DNA of 39,520 nucleotides from Methanobacteriota archaeon (GTDB lineage: Archaea > Thermoplasmatota > Poseidoniia > Poseidoniales > Thalassarchaeaceae). Positions within the stretch are counted from its first letter, which is position 1; every line of letters begins with the position of its first letter. The notes below the pieces were generated by a model. It worked only from the letters and a program-made list of their open reading frames with translations. It made no database searches and was not told the DNA's origin. The position numbers and the translations under genes were made by a program. Location of the stretch: positions 1 through 39,520 of the forward strand of contig PANM01000038.1 of assembly GCA_002708385.1 (NCBI GenBank). The letters run 5' to 3'. Below are positions 37,555 through 39,520 of this stretch, in pieces.

Positions 37555-38397
37555 TCAATCGTAATTGAGCATCTCCCAAGCGATAAGTAGGTCAGATGCG
37601 TTTATTCTTCCTTGGGATGAAAGATGAGATCCTGTCTCCATGGTGGAATAGACTAGTTCTTGATTCAGTAACGGAGCGTGAATTCTTGTCCAATCTCCTC
37701 CTGCACCTATTCCCATGATGGCTGTTTTGTTTCCTGAATCTTTAATCATCCATGCAGCCTCAAAAAGCTTCAATGCAGAATTTTTCCCATTAGTAGTGTA
37801 GCATACTTTGATGATATCGCCAGAATCTGACATTTCCTCTATGTCAGAAATAATTTCTGATGCGTTACTGGGCTCATCTTGGAAATGAGTTGAAGAAATG
37901 ACATTGGTTTTACTACTGGCAATTTTTATTAGTTCAGTTCGAATTTTTGAATCAATATCTGACTCAAGATCAATCCAACTCACTCCACTATCGATAGCGG
38001 CCCTCAGGACCGAAATTCTTTCTTCTTCTGTTCCCGGGAAATGACCTCCTTGCCGTTCAGGACGACAAGTTAGAACAACAGGTAAATCGATACCTCCTTT
38101 GAAAGCATCTAACGCCTGAGATAAATCAACAGAATCGAACGGTTTTGGGATATATTCTGGTGGCGAATAAGTAGCCCTTCTCTGATTTTTTTCTTCATTT
38201 GAGTCGCTATCAGATTGAGGTTCAGAGAATTTTTCTTCGACCCAAAGTTTGTCTAGGCGAACTTCGCAAAGGTCTGCGCCTACAGCAGTAGCCCTGGCTG
38301 CATCTGCGAGCATTTCATCCGCTGTGCAGCCGGATAGGGTTACACAGATGGTCGGTCTTCGCATCGATTCGGGGACCGGAGAGGTCTGTTTAACCAT
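37555..38397 (-). CDS. aroD: Type I 3-dehydroquinate dehydratase
   Basis: ICVTL, CEVRLD, LTCR...GG, IDLE, STH, IIK (Schiff-base Lys), MG..G..TRI. Confidence 0.88.
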   Translation of the reverse strand: MVKQTSPVPESMRRPTICVTLSGCTADEMLADAARATAVGADLCEVRLDKLWVEEKFSEPQSDSDSNEEKNQRRATYSPPEYIPKPFDSVDLSQALDAFKGGIDLPVVLTCRPERQGGHFPGTEEERISVLRAAIDSGVSWIDLESDIDSKIRTELIKIASSKTNVISSTHFQDEPSNASEIISDIEEMSDSGDIIKVCYTTNGKNSALKLFEAAWMIKDSGNKTAIMGIGAGGDWTRIHAPLLNQELVYSTMETGSHLSSQGRINASDLLIAWEMLNYD

Positions 38398-38411
38398 ATT
38401 TGTTAGGCTAT

Positions 38412-38430
38412 ACCCCTCCCTTGGAGGGGT
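38412..38430. repeat. Perfect 8-bp inverted repeat upstream of aroD
   Basis: ACCCCTCC-CTT-GGAGGGGT. Confidence 0.75.
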
Positions 38431-38523
38431 GAATCAATTAATTTACCCGTATTTTAGGGAATTTTAGCCCCCTCCCAAGGGAGTATTGATTAACCTCCCC
38501 TTGTTAGTAAATTAAGTGGAAGA

Positions 38524-38548
38524 CTGAGGGTTCCATAGGAACCCTCAG
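38524..38548. repeat. Perfect 11-bp inverted repeat 18 nt upstream of the gyrB start
   Basis: CTGAGGGTTCC-ATA-GGAACCCTCAG read directly from the sequence. Confidence 0.85.
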
Positions 38549-38566
38549 ACGATTGGGGTCGAAAAA

Positions 38567-39520
38567 ATGGCTGATGAGTATGGCGCAGATAGCATTCAGG
38601 TCCTTGAAGGCCTAGAAGCGGTACGAAAAAGGCCTGGAATGTACCTAGGTGATCCTCATGACGGTTCGGCGCTGCACCACTGCATCTGGGAAGTGGTAGA
38701 CAACTCTGTTGATGAACACCTGGCGGGGCACACGGATTCAATTGAAATAACACTCAACCCGGACAACTCGCTCTCGGTCAGAGATTACGGGAGGGGGATT
38801 CCCGTGGGGATCCACGAAGAATTCGGAATCTCTGCAGCTGAAGTGATAATGACCAAATTGCATGCAGGCGGGAAATTTGACAACAGTTCGTACAAAGTTT
38901 CTGGGGGTCTGCACGGAGTGGGAGTGTCTGCAGTTAACGCCGTTTCAGAATGGATGGAGATGACGATTCACCGAGATGGAGTGATCTATTTCCAACGGTA
39001 TGAAGCCGGTGTACCAGTAGAGGCATTGAAGGAGATTGGGAAGTGCGAAGACACAGGGACTTTGATAGCGTTCAAGCCTGATTTATCTATATTTACAGAT
39101 ATTGTCGAGTTTGATTTTGAAGAGGTCGATACCAGAGTGGGGGAAACTGCATTTCTAAATGCGGGACTGAAAATCGCAATAGTTGATCTTAGGAGTTCTG
39201 AGGCGCATACTTCAGAACACCTGTACGAAGGTGGGCTTTCCGAATATGTGAGTCAACTCAATGAGAGGAGAGAGGTTTTGCATGAAGAAGTCATCACTAT
39301 CAAAGGCGAAAAAGAGATTGAGAAGGGTGAGGTCGAAGTCGAGTTAGCACTGCAATGGTCTGATGCTTTCAGCGAATCGATTCGTTGCTATACCAATATC
39401 ATAAGAAACAAAGACGGGGGGACTCATATGTCTGGTTTACGAACGGCTCTGACCAGTTCTGTTAACTTGTATGCAAAGAAGAAGAAGCTCCTCAAAGGGG
39501 ATGCTTTGTCGGGTGATGAC
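38567..39520 (+). CDS. gyrB: DNA gyrase subunit B (N-terminal part, truncated by window end)
   Basis: My translation: MADEYGADSIQVLEGLEAVRKRPGMYLG...EVVDNSVDE...DYGRGIP...LHAGGKF...SGGLHGVGVSAVNA...DGGTH. Confidence 0.96.
   Translation, partial: MADEYGADSIQVLEGLEAVRKRPGMYLGDPHDGSALHHCIWEVVDNSVDEHLAGHTDSIEITLNPDNSLSVRDYGRGIPVGIHEEFGISAAEVIMTKLHAGGKFDNSSYKVSGGLHGVGVSAVNAVSEWMEMTIHRDGVIYFQRYEAGVPVEALKEIGKCEDTGTLIAFKPDLSIFTDIVEFDFEEVDTRVGETAFLNAGLKIAIVDLRSSEAHTSEHLYEGGLSEYVSQLNERREVLHEEVITIKGEKEIEKGEVEVELALQWSDAFSESIRCYTNIIRNKDGGTHMSGLRTALTSSVNLYAKKKKLLKGDALSGDD

Noticed and set aside
38400-38550. Replication origin (ORB-like G-strings such as GTGGAAGACTGAGGG and GGAGGGGT next to AT-rich DNA)
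   Set aside because: Match to the ORB consensus is weak, the region is short and no cdc6/orc1 is in the window; GC-skew analysis would be needed.
264-38753. Many 60-165 aa ORFs in the track overlapping long genes (e.g. 7810..8286, 12481..12930, 26337..26831, 34052..34441, 38490..38753)
   Set aside because: Antisense or off-frame shadows of well-supported genes, with no recognisable motifs.

Overview
Gene-dense archaeal chromosomal segment. The mix of archaeal informational genes (csl4, nmd3, METTL5-like, COG1031-type radical SAM), bacterial-type gyrB/rmuC/sufCBD and very large membrane-anchored proteases/adhesins suggests Marine Group II Euryarchaeota (Poseidoniales); this is an inference, not a search result. 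About 29 CDS are supported, including two small ORFs missing from the supplied track (a CcmD-like 50-aa protein and a 48-aa Cys/His-rich protein after sufD) and a gyrB truncated at the window end. I saw no rRNA, tRNA, CRISPR array or mobile element. Most interesting: (1) an exosome cap protein Csl4 fused to a CxxC-x17-CxxC zinc finger, an RRM and an RG/RN tail; (2) an Smr nuclease domain held between transmembrane pairs; (3) a ccmA-ccmB fusion/ccmC/ccmD operon with no ccmE/F in the window; (4) a divergent mntR-nfu / sufCBD-microprotein locus with operator-like palindromes; (5) a ~1700-aa surface protein with RCC1 repeats, ~20 Cys-rich GCC2/GCC3-like repeats and TSP3 repeats; (6) a rhomboid + membrane-anchored subtilase pair; (7) several perfect short inverted repeats in promoter regions, densest upstream of gyrB.
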